Part shown: positions 52,306 to 64,000 of the stretch, piece by piece
Layout: each line of letters begins with the position of its first letter
Numbering within the stretch: the stretch's first letter is position 1
Source: Octopus vulgaris
Taxonomy: Eukaryota
Reading direction: 5' to 3'
Assembly: GCA_951406725.2 (NCBI GenBank)
Contig: OX597827.1
Location: forward strand, 63,798,001-63,862,000
DNA: 64,000 bases
Program-made: the position numbers and the translations under genes
Notes under the pieces: generated by a model
Seen by the model: only the letters and a program-made list of their open reading frames with translations
Told to the model about the DNA's origin: nothing
The model's database searches: none

Positions 52306-52854
52306 GTTAGAATTTTCTTCAGGTCGAGTAGCCCATCCCGCTCAAAGGGTCCCTGAATAAGGATTGTTTAAGGATGTTGAACGAACCACCCATGTTTTCA
52401 GAGCAGAATATTTGCTGTTGCCCATCTTTTATACCAAGACAAACAATGTACATGATAACACTTCCAATCAGTTAAGATCAGAAGCTACGAGAGCAACTGC
52501 CTGGTACTGCATCAGGGCATCTTTTGCTGAACTGCTAAGTTATAGGGACATAAACACAGCAACATTGGTTGTTAAGTGATGGGATGTGAGGACAAACATA
52601 GACACAGGTCAATACCTATTTCTTTACTACCCACAAGGGGCTAAACACAGAGGGGACAAACAAGGACAAACAAATGGATTAAGTCGATTATATCGACCCC
52701 AGTGCATAACTGGTGCTTAATTTATCGACCCCGAAAGGATGAAAGGCAAAGTCGACCTCGGCGGAATTTGAACTCAGAACGCAGCAGCGGACGAAATACC
52801 ACAAAGCATTTCGCCCGACGTGCTAACGTTTCTGCCAGCTCGCCACCTGATGTA

Positions 52855-53695
52855 CAGGGTGTGGCAGAAGAAATGCCCTTTCTTATTTCTATAATTTTTA
52901 TAGTTTTCTACATTCATCATAATGGTGCACCACCTCACTATAGGTAAAACGTTAAATCTTAATTTTGAAGTGAGGTGGATAGGACAACATGGATCAATTG
53001 AGTGGTCATCACAATCATTAGACCTAACACCACCTGATTTTTTTCTTATAGGTGTATTGAAAGATCTTGTTTACTCACTCAAACTAAAAACAATTCATGA
53101 ATTAAAATAAACAATTTCTGATAAATTTTCTGCAATTAATGGGGAAATGTGTCAAAAGGTTTGTGAAAGTGTTACTGGTAGGGCTCAGCATTGTACTGAA
53201 AATCATTTTGAACATGTTAATTACATTTTTCATCATAATGAATTATGTTATTTTGGTGGTGCAATACTTAATAAGTTTCTTAAAATTACTGCAATTTATT
53301 TTCATTTATGGTTTTTCTTTTTTCATTTCTTTAACTACTGTAATAAATTTTTGTACAATAGATTTTTTTTTTGCACCCTTTTTAAAGCCTAGCCAGGCTC
53401 ATGGGCTCAGTTTCCATAGCGTATATGTTCCCCAGCTGGATGGGATGCCAGTCCATTGCAGTGTTACTAATCTTTGCCAGCTGAGTGGACTGGAGCAACG
53501 TGAAATGAAGTGTTTTGCTCAAGAACACAACGTGTCGCCTTGTCCAGGAATCGAAACCACAATCTTACAATCATGATGCTGACACCCTAACCACTAAGCC
53601 ACGCGCCTCCACACAATAAAAAATTACTAAAGAAAAAAATTTTTTGTACTATAAAAATTACTAAATAAAAAGATCGTTATTTCTGCTGCACCCTG
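52855..53695 (+). mobile_element. degenerate Tc1/mariner-superfamily DNA transposon with nested SINE (~53362-53613)
   Basis: TA-CAGGGTG...CACCCTG-TA ends. Remnant NGAPPHY...WIGQHGSIEWSSQSLDLTPPDFFLIGVLKDLVY matches the QDGAPPH/WPPRSPDLTPLDFFLWG catalytic region. Confidence 0.8.
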
Positions 53696-53813
53696 TATAT
53701 CTATATTTCAATTGAGTAAAATTATTACTTACACCAACCATAAAACAATGGGTTGTACAGTGGTAATAATAATTCTTAACTTAATCTTTTCTGTTTTTCT
53801 CTTCTCTTAACAG

Positions 53814-54032
53814 AATAGCAAGTCCGAAAAGTCCAAGTTCGTTGAGCAAGGCATCTCCAATAAGCAGCACACCACCGCGAACATCACGTGAAGGGCGAGA
53901 ATTAATTCATTGCCCAACCCCTGGATGCGACGGCAGTGGACATGTCTCAGGAAATTATGCATCTCATCGAAGTTTGTCTGGCTGTCCGCTTGCGGATCGA
54001 GCAACGGTACTTGCTAGCCATGTTGAACAAAA
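53814..54032 (+). CDS. MYT1L: MYT1-like exon, ZF4 ([33 protein letters not shown])
   Basis: Complete C2HC finger. TTAACAG acceptor (phase 2) and AA|GTGAGT donor. Confidence 0.95.
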
Positions 54033-54134
54033 GTGAGTAAAACGAAATGCTGAAAAATAAGACGATGCAACGCTGCACTTATATGCATATGTAGATATAT
54101 GTCCAATGTGTGTATGTGAATGTAACTATATAGA

Positions 54135-54166
<32 letters not shown>

Positions 54167-54270
54167 CGCGCGTGTGTGTGTGCGCGCGTGTGTGTGTGCG
54201 CGCGTGTGTGTGTGCGCGCGTGTGTGTGTGTACATATATATATATATATTTATACACATACATATATATA

Positions 54271-54311
<41 letters not shown>

Positions 54312-54969
54312 ATGAATAAAGGTATATTCAATACTATAAAAGATAAATTCTTGATTTTATTAAAATTAGCTTCCCTTTAAGTAATCATATGCCTTGTCTC
54401 AATTGGAAGCCATGTCCAAATATGAAAAGGAGATAATCTCAGGAATCGGGAATCCACTGAAATCAACATGCCATTAAGGAAAATATAATTTGATGGAAAG
54501 TGGACTAAAAGGACAGCTGTGTTTCTACCTCAGAAGATGTCATTAGCACAGCTGTTTTTCTACCTTAACTCCAGCAGACAAGATACTTACACACACACAT
54601 ACACTCATACATATATAACATACATACCTGCACACACACACATATATATATATATAATATAATATAATATAATATCACGTGATCACATGACAGACCAGAC
54701 CATCAGGTGTTGTTACACATCGCTAGTCACAATGCGTTCGCATTGTTTTAGCCTTCGAATGACGCCACCCCGCTGGCTAAGCGAGCAGGCCAACAGAAGA
54801 AAGAGTGGGAGAAAGAGTAGTGAAAGAGTACACCAGGGATCACCACCCCCTGCTGAAGCCTCATGGAGCTTTTAGGTGTTTTCACTCAATAAACACTCAC
54901 AACGCCCAGTCTGGGAATCGAAACCTCGAGTCCACTGCCCTAACTACTGGGCTATTGCACCTCTACATA

Positions 54970-55029
<60 letters not shown>

Positions 55030-55723
55030 ACTCTCCCATTGTTAGATGACATATGAGGGTTTGGCAATTTCTTGCCAAACAACCACACAGCTAATTTCTT
55101 CATAGTGATCAAATGTTTGTGTACAAATAAGCTCACTCCCTGCATCAAATCAACATTACCTGTGCAGGTGCACTGTGTGCCACATTTCAGGTGAAGAAAT
55201 AATTGAGAGCAACGTGAAACGAAATGCTTTGCTCAAGAACACAACACAGCACCAAGTCTGGGAATCAAAGCCATGATCTTGCAACCATTAGTGCAACACT
55301 CTAACCACTAAGCCATACACATGCTTACTTGCTTAAAGGTGACAGTCACTTTGATGTTTTGGCTAGGATCACTTCTGAAACTGCTCAGTAGGAGTTGATT
55401 ATAAGCCATAACCATCATCATCATCATCACCATCACCATCATCATCATCATCATCATCATTTTAACATCTTCCTTTCCCTTTTGGTTTGGCTTGGACAGG
55501 CTTTTGTTAAAGGCAATGTTTTAGGGCTGTGTGCTCTTCATGATGTCAGCCTTATTTTTTTGTCACCCCTTACAACACCTCAACAGGTTGATAAAACCAT
55601 TGTAGGCAAAACAGCAAAGTTCATTGTCATCTGTGAACAAGTAAATAATTCACTCTACTGAAGATATTGAATCCTTTATTCGCTTGATGTCTTCATTACA
55701 ATTTACCTCTTAAAAATTGTATG

Positions 55724-55754
<31 letters not shown>

Positions 55755-56098
55755 CCAAATACACATGCATATATATGTGTGTGTGTGTGTGTATGTTATT
55801 CAATTTTTAAACATTATTATTATTGTCGTTATTATCATTATCATTATTATTATTATCATTATTAATATTATTATTATTATTATTAGTAAGGTGGCGAGCT
55901 GGCAGAATCGTTAGCACGCTAGGCAAAATGCTTAGTGGTAATTCATCTGCAGCTACGTTCTGAGTTCAAATTCCACCGAAATCAATTTCGCCTTTCATCC
56001 TTTTGGAGTCGATAAATTAAGTACCAGCTGAGTACTAGGGTCAGTGTAATCGACCCTCCCCCTCCCAGATTTCAGGTCTTGTGCCTATAGTAGAAAAG

Positions 56099-56149
<51 letters not shown>

Positions 56150-56704
56150 GAGTGAGAGAGCAGTGCATGCCATCAAAGCAACACTGGGGTACAAATATAC
56201 GAAGCCCAGTATACCCATCATGACTACCCATCTGATAAGGGTACACTAGGCACATACATCACAACCATATGTGTGCGACACGGTGATCTCATATCAAGAT
56301 AAACAGCACATGACCTTGCAGGTGGGGCCCACTTGGAATCTTCTTCAGGTCGAGTAACTCATCCCACTCAAAAGGTCCCTGAATAAGGTTTGTTTAAGGT
56401 TGTTGAACAAAACACCCATGTTTCCAGAGGTGAATTATTCAAACCCCAAAGAATCCCTCTCAACAGATGGCTATGATGCTCCCCCACTACTTCTGTTCGT
56501 GATCAGAGATGCACATATCATCAGCCACTAAGGGACATGCTCAGCTGGTTACGGTCAAACAACTGACAAGCAAATCTGTGGTTTTAAGCAGAATATTTGC
56601 TGTAGACCATCTTTTATACCAAGACAAAACAAGGTACATGATAACATTTCCAATCAGTTAAGATCAGAAGCCATGAAAGCCACTGCCAGGTACTGCATCG
56701 GGGC

Positions 56705-56707
<3 letters not shown>
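56150..56707 (-). mobile_element. ~560-bp non-coding interspersed element embedded in (ATT)n; other copies at ~50395-50895, ~50930-51455, ~52305-52520 and ~24735-25070 (opposite strand)
   Basis: Five similar copies in the window. Copies retaining the CTCTCACTC end run into a (TAA)n tail. Confidence 0.75.
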
Positions 56708-56744
<37 letters not shown>

Positions 56745-56763
56745 GTTATTATTATTATTATTA

Positions 56764-56800
<37 letters not shown>

Positions 56801-56853
56801 CATTATTATTATTATCATTGATTTCATTATTATTATTATTATTATCATTGATT

Positions 56854-56903
<50 letters not shown>

Positions 56904-57119
56904 GTTACTAGTGATTATCCTTATATCTCACCAAAGTTTTTTGAAGTTTGAAAGAAACTGTTTTTAAAAAGTATTTTGTTTGAAGTTTTTTATTTTGAAA
57001 CAAACATTTGTTGATGTTTTCTTGTTTCTTTACCATGAATTGTGATTCATATGAATATTTAGGATGTATTGCATTGTGTTACTTGGCTCCACTCCACCTC
57101 TCTGTCTGTTCAATAGATT

Positions 57120-57160
57120 CATGTATACCTGTATGTATATATACATGCACATATATATAC

Positions 57161-57219
<59 letters not shown>

Positions 57220-57293
57220 CATATATATATCTACATGCATATATATATATACACAAATATATTCACTTTATCACCGTCTTTCTTTGTTTTGCT

Positions 57294-57333
<40 letters not shown>

Positions 57334-57348
57334 TCTATACATATATCT

Positions 57349-57397
<49 letters not shown>

Positions 57398-57540
57398 TAT
57401 ATATCTATATCTGTACATATATATATATATACATATATCTATACATACATATATATATATATACACATGTATATACATATATATATATATATATGTGTGT
57501 GTGTGTATGTATATGTATATACATATATATATACATATAC

Positions 57541-57599
<59 letters not shown>

Positions 57600-57660
57600 A
57601 ATACATACATACATATGTAGATGTATGCATATATGTGTATACATGCACATGCACACACAC
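57120..57660. repeat. long (TA)n/(CATA)n microsatellite; similar tracts at 4397-4555, 13790-13967, 21050-21215, 58925-59308
   Basis: Visible directly. Confidence 0.95.
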
Positions 57661-58990
57661 TAACATACTCATGCACAGGCAAATGGTCGTGAACTAAATT
57701 CCTAGTCGTATTTAGTTTTGACTTAATTTCATTTGGTTAAGCACTGTGTACGTTGTTTTGCTCCTTTTGAAAAAAAACGAAAATTGATCCCAAGACCACT
57801 ACCAGTAATATAATAGGGCCAATACAATCAACAACAGTTCTCTGACTGCAGGAAAAAAAAATGCCACCTTGGTTGTACCATGATTTCCAGCCTAGAAGAA
57901 AGACGATATACTGTATTGTGTAAACATGTAGCAGAAACATCCATAAATTTTCACTGTTTCTAAATTCTGCTGCATTTCACATGCAATTTTTGGGGTCACC
58001 CAAAGTCATCTCAGTGTATAAATTGTCCTGTGTTTTTTTGGTTGTAAATTTTTGGCGTAAAATTGGAATATTTGGCAAAAGAAATCAATATGTATTTATA
58101 TATTGACAAAAGAAATCATTATATTTATTATATATATATTATTTATAAATTTGTTATATATGTTGGCACTCCATCGGTTATGACGACGAGGGTTCCAGTT
58201 GCTCTGATCAACCGAACAGCCTGCTCGTGAAATTAACGTGCAAGTGGCTGAGCACTCCACAGACATGTGTGCCCTTAACGTAGTTCTCGGGGAGATTCAG
58301 TGTGAGAGTGTGACAAGGCCGGCCCTTTGAAATACAGGTACAGCAGCAACAGAAAGAAAGTGTGAGAGAAAGTTGTGGTGAAAGAGTACAGCAGGGTCCG
58401 CCACCACTTCCTACCAGATCCTCGTGGAGCTTTAGGTGTTTTCGCTCAATAAAACACTCACAACGCCCGGTCTGGGAATCGAAACCGTTATCCTACAACC
58501 GTCAGTCCACTGCCCTAACCACTGGGCCATTGTGCCTCCACAATTGGGTTTTTTTAAATTTGTTATATATATGATTTGTATATATGACAAAAGAAATTAA
58601 TATATTTATTCACAATAACAAGCAACGACCTGTTATTACCTAAAATCTGTGCCTTGTTTTTATTCTCATAAGAAGCCAAGTTAATTCTTTGACATATTTG
58701 CTGTCTCTGAGAAATGCAAGATTATCACTGCATTGTCTTCTCTATGAAATGCTTGTTGTCTTTTATACTACATAGAAGATATTTAAAATAAACAAACAAA
58801 AAGGCAGGAACTCTACAGTGTTAGATAAACTATCTTGCTGTGTTTAGGAATGAGTTTATATCCCTAAATCCCACCTTGGTCAGCATCGCCTGTCATATCT
58901 GTCAGGGCAAGGTAAATTAAACAAGTGTGTGTATGTGTGTGCGCACGTGCGTATATGTGTCTGTTTTGTGTGTGCATGTGTATATATGTA

Positions 58991-59033
<43 letters not shown>

Positions 59034-59095
59034 ATATATATATATATATACAAACACACATAGATATACATAATGCACACTCACATATGAATGTA

Positions 59096-59128
<33 letters not shown>

Positions 59129-59233
59129 GTAATATTTGTATATATCTGTGTGTACATATATATGTATGTATATACATATTTATGCATATATATATGTATA
59201 TATATATATATATATATATACATATATATGTAT

Positions 59234-59306
<73 letters not shown>

Positions 59307-61443
59307 TCTTATCATATCAACTACTCCAGCAATTTATAATATCAACACCTGCTAAGCATCCCACTTGATGGTTTTCTGATGTGGTTGTCTTCACACAAAG
59401 ACCAAGCAACCAATTTTGACATTTGTTTTGTCATAACTAGGCAACCAGCCGCAATAAATGCTTACATCACAACTCCTTTAAGTCTCATTTTAACCAATTC
59501 CACAGATTAACAGGCTGGTTTGTGTTGTTATTAGTAAAATGTCAAGGAGCAGACAACTGTGACCAAAACATCCTATCTTGACGTTACCGTTTCTAAACTA
59601 ATAATTCCTTCCAGCCCCCCACTGCAACCTTTTCTATAACTCTGCTCCCCCACTGCCGCCCCTTTTGTTTCTCCGTTTCCTTCCCCTTTCTGTATTCCTT
59701 TGTGATATTGATGTTGCTAGTGTTACTGTTGTTGTTGTTGTTCTAAACACTTAGCCTCACTCTTTCAGTAAACACTTGCTGAACAGGCTAGACGACCTTG
59801 TTGTTGTTGTTGTTGTCGTTTATGCTTGCGTTGCTTCTAGCGCTGCCATTATTTCATTTCTGTGTAGATGTTATAATTATATTAAATTATATTATTGATG
59901 ATGATAATGTTTTTTTTTTCTTTGTTTGATTTTTTGGTCAATGCTTGTCTTAAAACAAAATGGTATAGAAAATATGTCCAAAGTATTTTCATGTTTTTTT
60001 AGGATTTTATTTTTACCTATTTTTCATATAGATTTTTGTTTTACTTATATTCTATCTCCAAAAGTTCATATCACACAGCATCCTTGGAAACATTTATGCC
60101 AAACACTTGGCATCATCCCACCATTTAAATCAGTCATACTCAACCATTTTTTACCTATGACCCCCTCTGATTACCATTTAATTCTGGTGAACCATCACAG
60201 GAATTTGATATCTAAAGCCAGACTAAATAATCACAAGCCCTCTTTTAGCATTCAATAGAAGTACAATATTATAACATTAGCCAGCTATATATGGCTGTTT
60301 GAAGATGAAAGAATACTGTACAAAATCAACTGGAAACTAGAAACAACCTGGGCCATTCCTGAATGGAAGCACCATATTTTAATGTGTATAAGGAATCCTT
60401 TTTTGTTAAAAATTAAATTAGAATAATATGGGTATTTCTTATACATGGATAGTATTATAATCCCTTACAAAACCTTTTTTTACAAATTTTAAGCCCCCAA
60501 AATTAGGATGTTCCTTATACATGAGGGGTTCTTTATACCCATTAAAATATGGTAAGTGTTGCAAGCTTTGCTTGGCTGCAAGAATAATTTTTAAGAATTC
60601 ACATGATCTAGTTCCTTCTTCAACACAAATACTAAAATATTTAGTCACTACCCATCTGACAGAAAATGCGTTTTGGCATCATGGTCATCTCCTTCTTGAG
60701 AAAGGAAAACGTATGCAAACATAGCTGATCCCCTTTGGCCATAGCTGACTTCTTACCAAGTGAGACAACTCTTATTTTTTCCTCCTGGAAAATATTATGG
60801 CTTTTCATCACTGTTCCACACTATCATCATTGAACAAACCTCTGCATAAAAGAGTCCATGTGCTTCTGGCCAGCATGTTTGAAGAGTTATTGATATTGTC
60901 AAGTGCAGTAGTTGGTGTGTAACCATCAGTACTTTCTGATTGGTTATATGCCCTAACCAAGAAAAAACTGCCTGACAAATATAAAAATATATATATATTT
61001 CTTACAGCGCTTTACATTCTGAGGTCAGATTCTCAAGTGCCTTTGTGCCTTTGTGCCTTTCACTGGTTTTTTTGGTGGGGTCGATAAGATAGGTACCAAG
61101 TGATACTACAGTTGATATAATCAAGTAACACAGACCCGCAAAAATTATTGACTTTATGCCAAAATTTCCAAACATCACCATCATCATTAATATTATTATT
61201 ATTATTATTAAATAAAGACAGTGAGCTGGCAGAATTTTTTAGCATGACAGACAAAATGCTTCATGGCATTTTTCTGCCTTTACATTCTGAGTTCAAATTC
61301 TGTTGTAGATGACTTTGCTTTTTCTATCCTTTTAAGTACTGGGGTCGATGTAATTGATTCCCACTGTCCCTACATATTTCAGCCTTAGTGCCTACAGTAG
61401 AAAGGATTATTATCGTTATTGTTACCATTATCATTATTATTAA

Positions 61444-61480
<37 letters not shown>

Positions 61481-61811
61481 TCAATTTTGTTGTTTTGTTT
61501 GCTTTAAATTAAATGTTACTTGGGATGCATGTTGATTGGTTAAATGTTGTTGCTCTTGGTTTTAATGCATTCAATGTGCATAGTGCCATGCACACACACA
61601 CACACACATACATGCACGCACATACACACATACACCAATGTATGTATGCTGTCATTATATATATATATAATTATAATTTAGGGTATCTAAGAGCTGCCGC
61701 CACGTTGGAAATAGCAGTCAAAACTTGGCTCTAAAACCACATTAAATGTTCATACAGCACCAGGAGAGAACACAAAAAGACAAAATAAACTAGCAAAAAA
61801 GTTACTGGATA

Positions 61812-61870
61812 ATTCCAGATCCTGGATTTCTGACTCTGCGTAAGAAATGCTCTGCCTTCATCAGAGGAAT
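61812..61870 (-). ncRNA. minimal hammerhead-like motif
   Basis: Minus strand reads AUUCCU-CUGAUGA-AGGC...GUCA-GAAAUCC-A-GGAUC-UGGAAU: AUC triplet and self-complementary stem III. Confidence 0.5.
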
Positions 61871-62223
61871 ATACTCAGCACATAAATACAAATATACATA
61901 TATATATACAACATATTTTATACTTACATATACGAACGTATACATACATATGTATGCACATGACCAGTTTAAATTTCCCGCCTAAAACTCCTCGTGCGAT
62001 ATGGTCAGAATACCACCTCAGTCGATATAATGACAAAATAAATTATAAATTTATATATTTATAAATTTATATATATACAGAGAGAGAGAGAGAGATTTAT
62101 ATATATTTACAAAGGTATGTTGGTGCAAACAGGAAAATCAGAACTCAAAATATATTTTTAATTATAATTAGCAGAAGCAAGAAAGTGTGAGTCACATTGT
62201 TGCTTCTGCTATGTATGTATGTA

Positions 62224-62272
<49 letters not shown>

Positions 62273-63431
62273 GTAGGTAGGTAGGTAGGTAGGTAGATAG
62301 ATGCAGACACCACACACACGAAGTGTATATAGATATACACACGTGTTCATATGTAATGAATTTTTATACATCCAACCTTTTTATTTTCCATGGTGGACAA
62401 AGCATATATATATATATTTAGGTATGTATATGTATTGTGTATATATATTATATAAAATGGATCCCCTTTAAATAAATATTCCTCTCTCTCTGTCTGAATA
62501 TGCATGGTGCCCCAGCATAGCCGCGGCCTCCGGGCTAAAACATTTTTAAGGATTTTATATAATGTATGTTTGTATGTATGCATAAAAGCTGCCAGGTGAA
62601 AGGGAGATAATTACAATTGTTTAAAGGGAGATAAATCTGCTGGAACTACTCCCTCTTAGACGAATCAAACATGGCGGATTTCAGCGAGGGAAACAATTAT
62701 CTCTATCGAGCTCAGTATTGGATTGGTACTTTCTTTTTTATCAACACCGGAGGGTTAAGAGGCAAATTTGACCTCAGCCAGAATGAATGCCAGTCATTTA
62801 AAATTCCTTAGTAAAACCTCACTTGGGATGTTTTCACTTTCATCCTTCAGGAGATCAAAAGTAAAGTGCCAATCTTCATTTTATTGTTGTTCTTGTTGTT
62901 GTCATTGTTGTATTATAATGTCACCAGTATTGTCAACCTTTCCCCTCTCAAACAACTCCTTCCATATAAGCTAACCATATATTCTCCACTCCACTTCTAC
63001 TCTCCCATCACCACCAAAGTATACACCTTTGTTTCTCTTTTCTACTTTCACTTTCATTTTTCTCTTCTCTACTTTCACTTTCATTTTTCTGTCTTCTCTC
63101 TTCTCTCTCTCACTCTATATCTATCTTTCTCTTCTGGCACACACTCATTACTGTCTCTCTTGCTCTCTGTGTGGTTTTTTTTTTGTATTTTTTCGTTATC
63201 TTTCTCTTATTCTCTCTTCTTCCCAGTCCCTTTCTCTCCCTCTATTTGACTACCTCTCTATCGGTTTCTGTTGCTGATGTTTTATATTTTTTTCGCTGCT
63301 GTTGATGTTTTCTTTGCTGCTGCTGATTTGCTGATGATGCTGTATGCTGCTGCTGCTGATGATGCCGCCATTGTTACGATGTATTGACAATGTTTTTGTT
63401 TGCTTTCCGTTTGGTCTTGGCCTCTTGTTAG

Positions 63432-63575
63432 ATGTCCCACCCCAGGCTGTGACGGCTCAGGACATATTACGGGCAATTATTCCTCCCACCGCAGTCTGTC
63501 GGGCTGCCCTCGGGCAGCCAAGTTAAAGAAAATTCTTGGAAAAGATGGTGAACGCAAAGACGACGAACCACTGAG
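63432..63575 (+). CDS. MYT1L: MYT1-like exon, ZF5 ([28 protein letters not shown]...DDEPL); gene continues beyond window
   Basis: Complete C2HC finger. TTGTTAG acceptor and AG|GTAGGT donor; no stop codon reached. Confidence 0.95.
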
Positions 63576-64000
63576 GTAGGTCTTGTTTTATTGTCTGTTT
63601 CCTCATTGTTTTAGAATTTTTTCATTTGGATTTTGATTTTGATAATCAAAACAAAACAATTAATTAATTAACTTAATTAATTAATTTAATTGATTTTTAA
63701 TTTAATTGAAATTTTTTAAAAAAATTAATTTCAAATTTCAATTTGAGATTGAAATTAATTTTTTGGGAAATTAATTTCAAATTTTAAAATTCACTTCTGA
63801 AATTAGAAATCAATTTCAAATTAATTTTAATTTTTGATTAATAAATTTTAATTGACTGATTAAATTTATCTTTACGGATGAGTTAGCATCAGAAACTGTT
63901 ATTCTGACCATTGCTGAATGTATTCTCACAGACACAGTCACACACACACAAACACACATCTATATTTCTTAACAGACATGGAGATGATGACATACGTATA

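Noticed and set aside
57008-59368. [10 protein letters not shown] and THTH ORFs here and throughout the window
   Set aside because: Translations of dinucleotide microsatellites.
63640-63870. Extremely AT-rich AATT-rich stretch with self-complementarity
   Set aside because: Low complexity explains the pairing; no defined arms.

Overview
Eukaryotic, repeat- and microsatellite-rich genomic DNA. The SINE families and repeat landscape suggest an octopus or other coleoid cephalopod (inference). The window lies almost entirely within one + strand gene, a MYT1/MYT1L/ST18-family (myelin transcription factor 1-like) neural C2HC zinc-finger transcription factor. I assembled 15 phase-consistent coding exons from 2963 to 63575 (about 6.6 kb, about 2190 aa), covering five CPxPGCxGxGH-x7-HR-x4-C fingers, the SDRVLRPM...NLAKELEKY block and a 4154-nt low-complexity exon. 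The gene continues past the window. The introns carry tRNA-derived SINEs, RTE-tail elements, Dong/R4-type retroposon fragments, mariner/Tc1 and piggyBac-like MITEs and a Helitron-like element. Four features stand out. (1) About nine minimal type-I hammerhead-ribozyme-like motifs with palindromic stem III lie in Penelope-like relics, and the best-preserved ones are antisense to the pre-mRNA. (2) Several long intronic hairpins or foldbacks are candidate ADAR or small-RNA substrates. (3) Four frame-preserving phase-1 cassette exons sit between ZF3 and the MYT1 block, one preceded by a ~1-kb YCAY/CU-rich tract. (4) A non-autonomous element appears to target (TAA)n microsatellites. All calls come from reading the sequence by eye; no database searches or folding programs were run.
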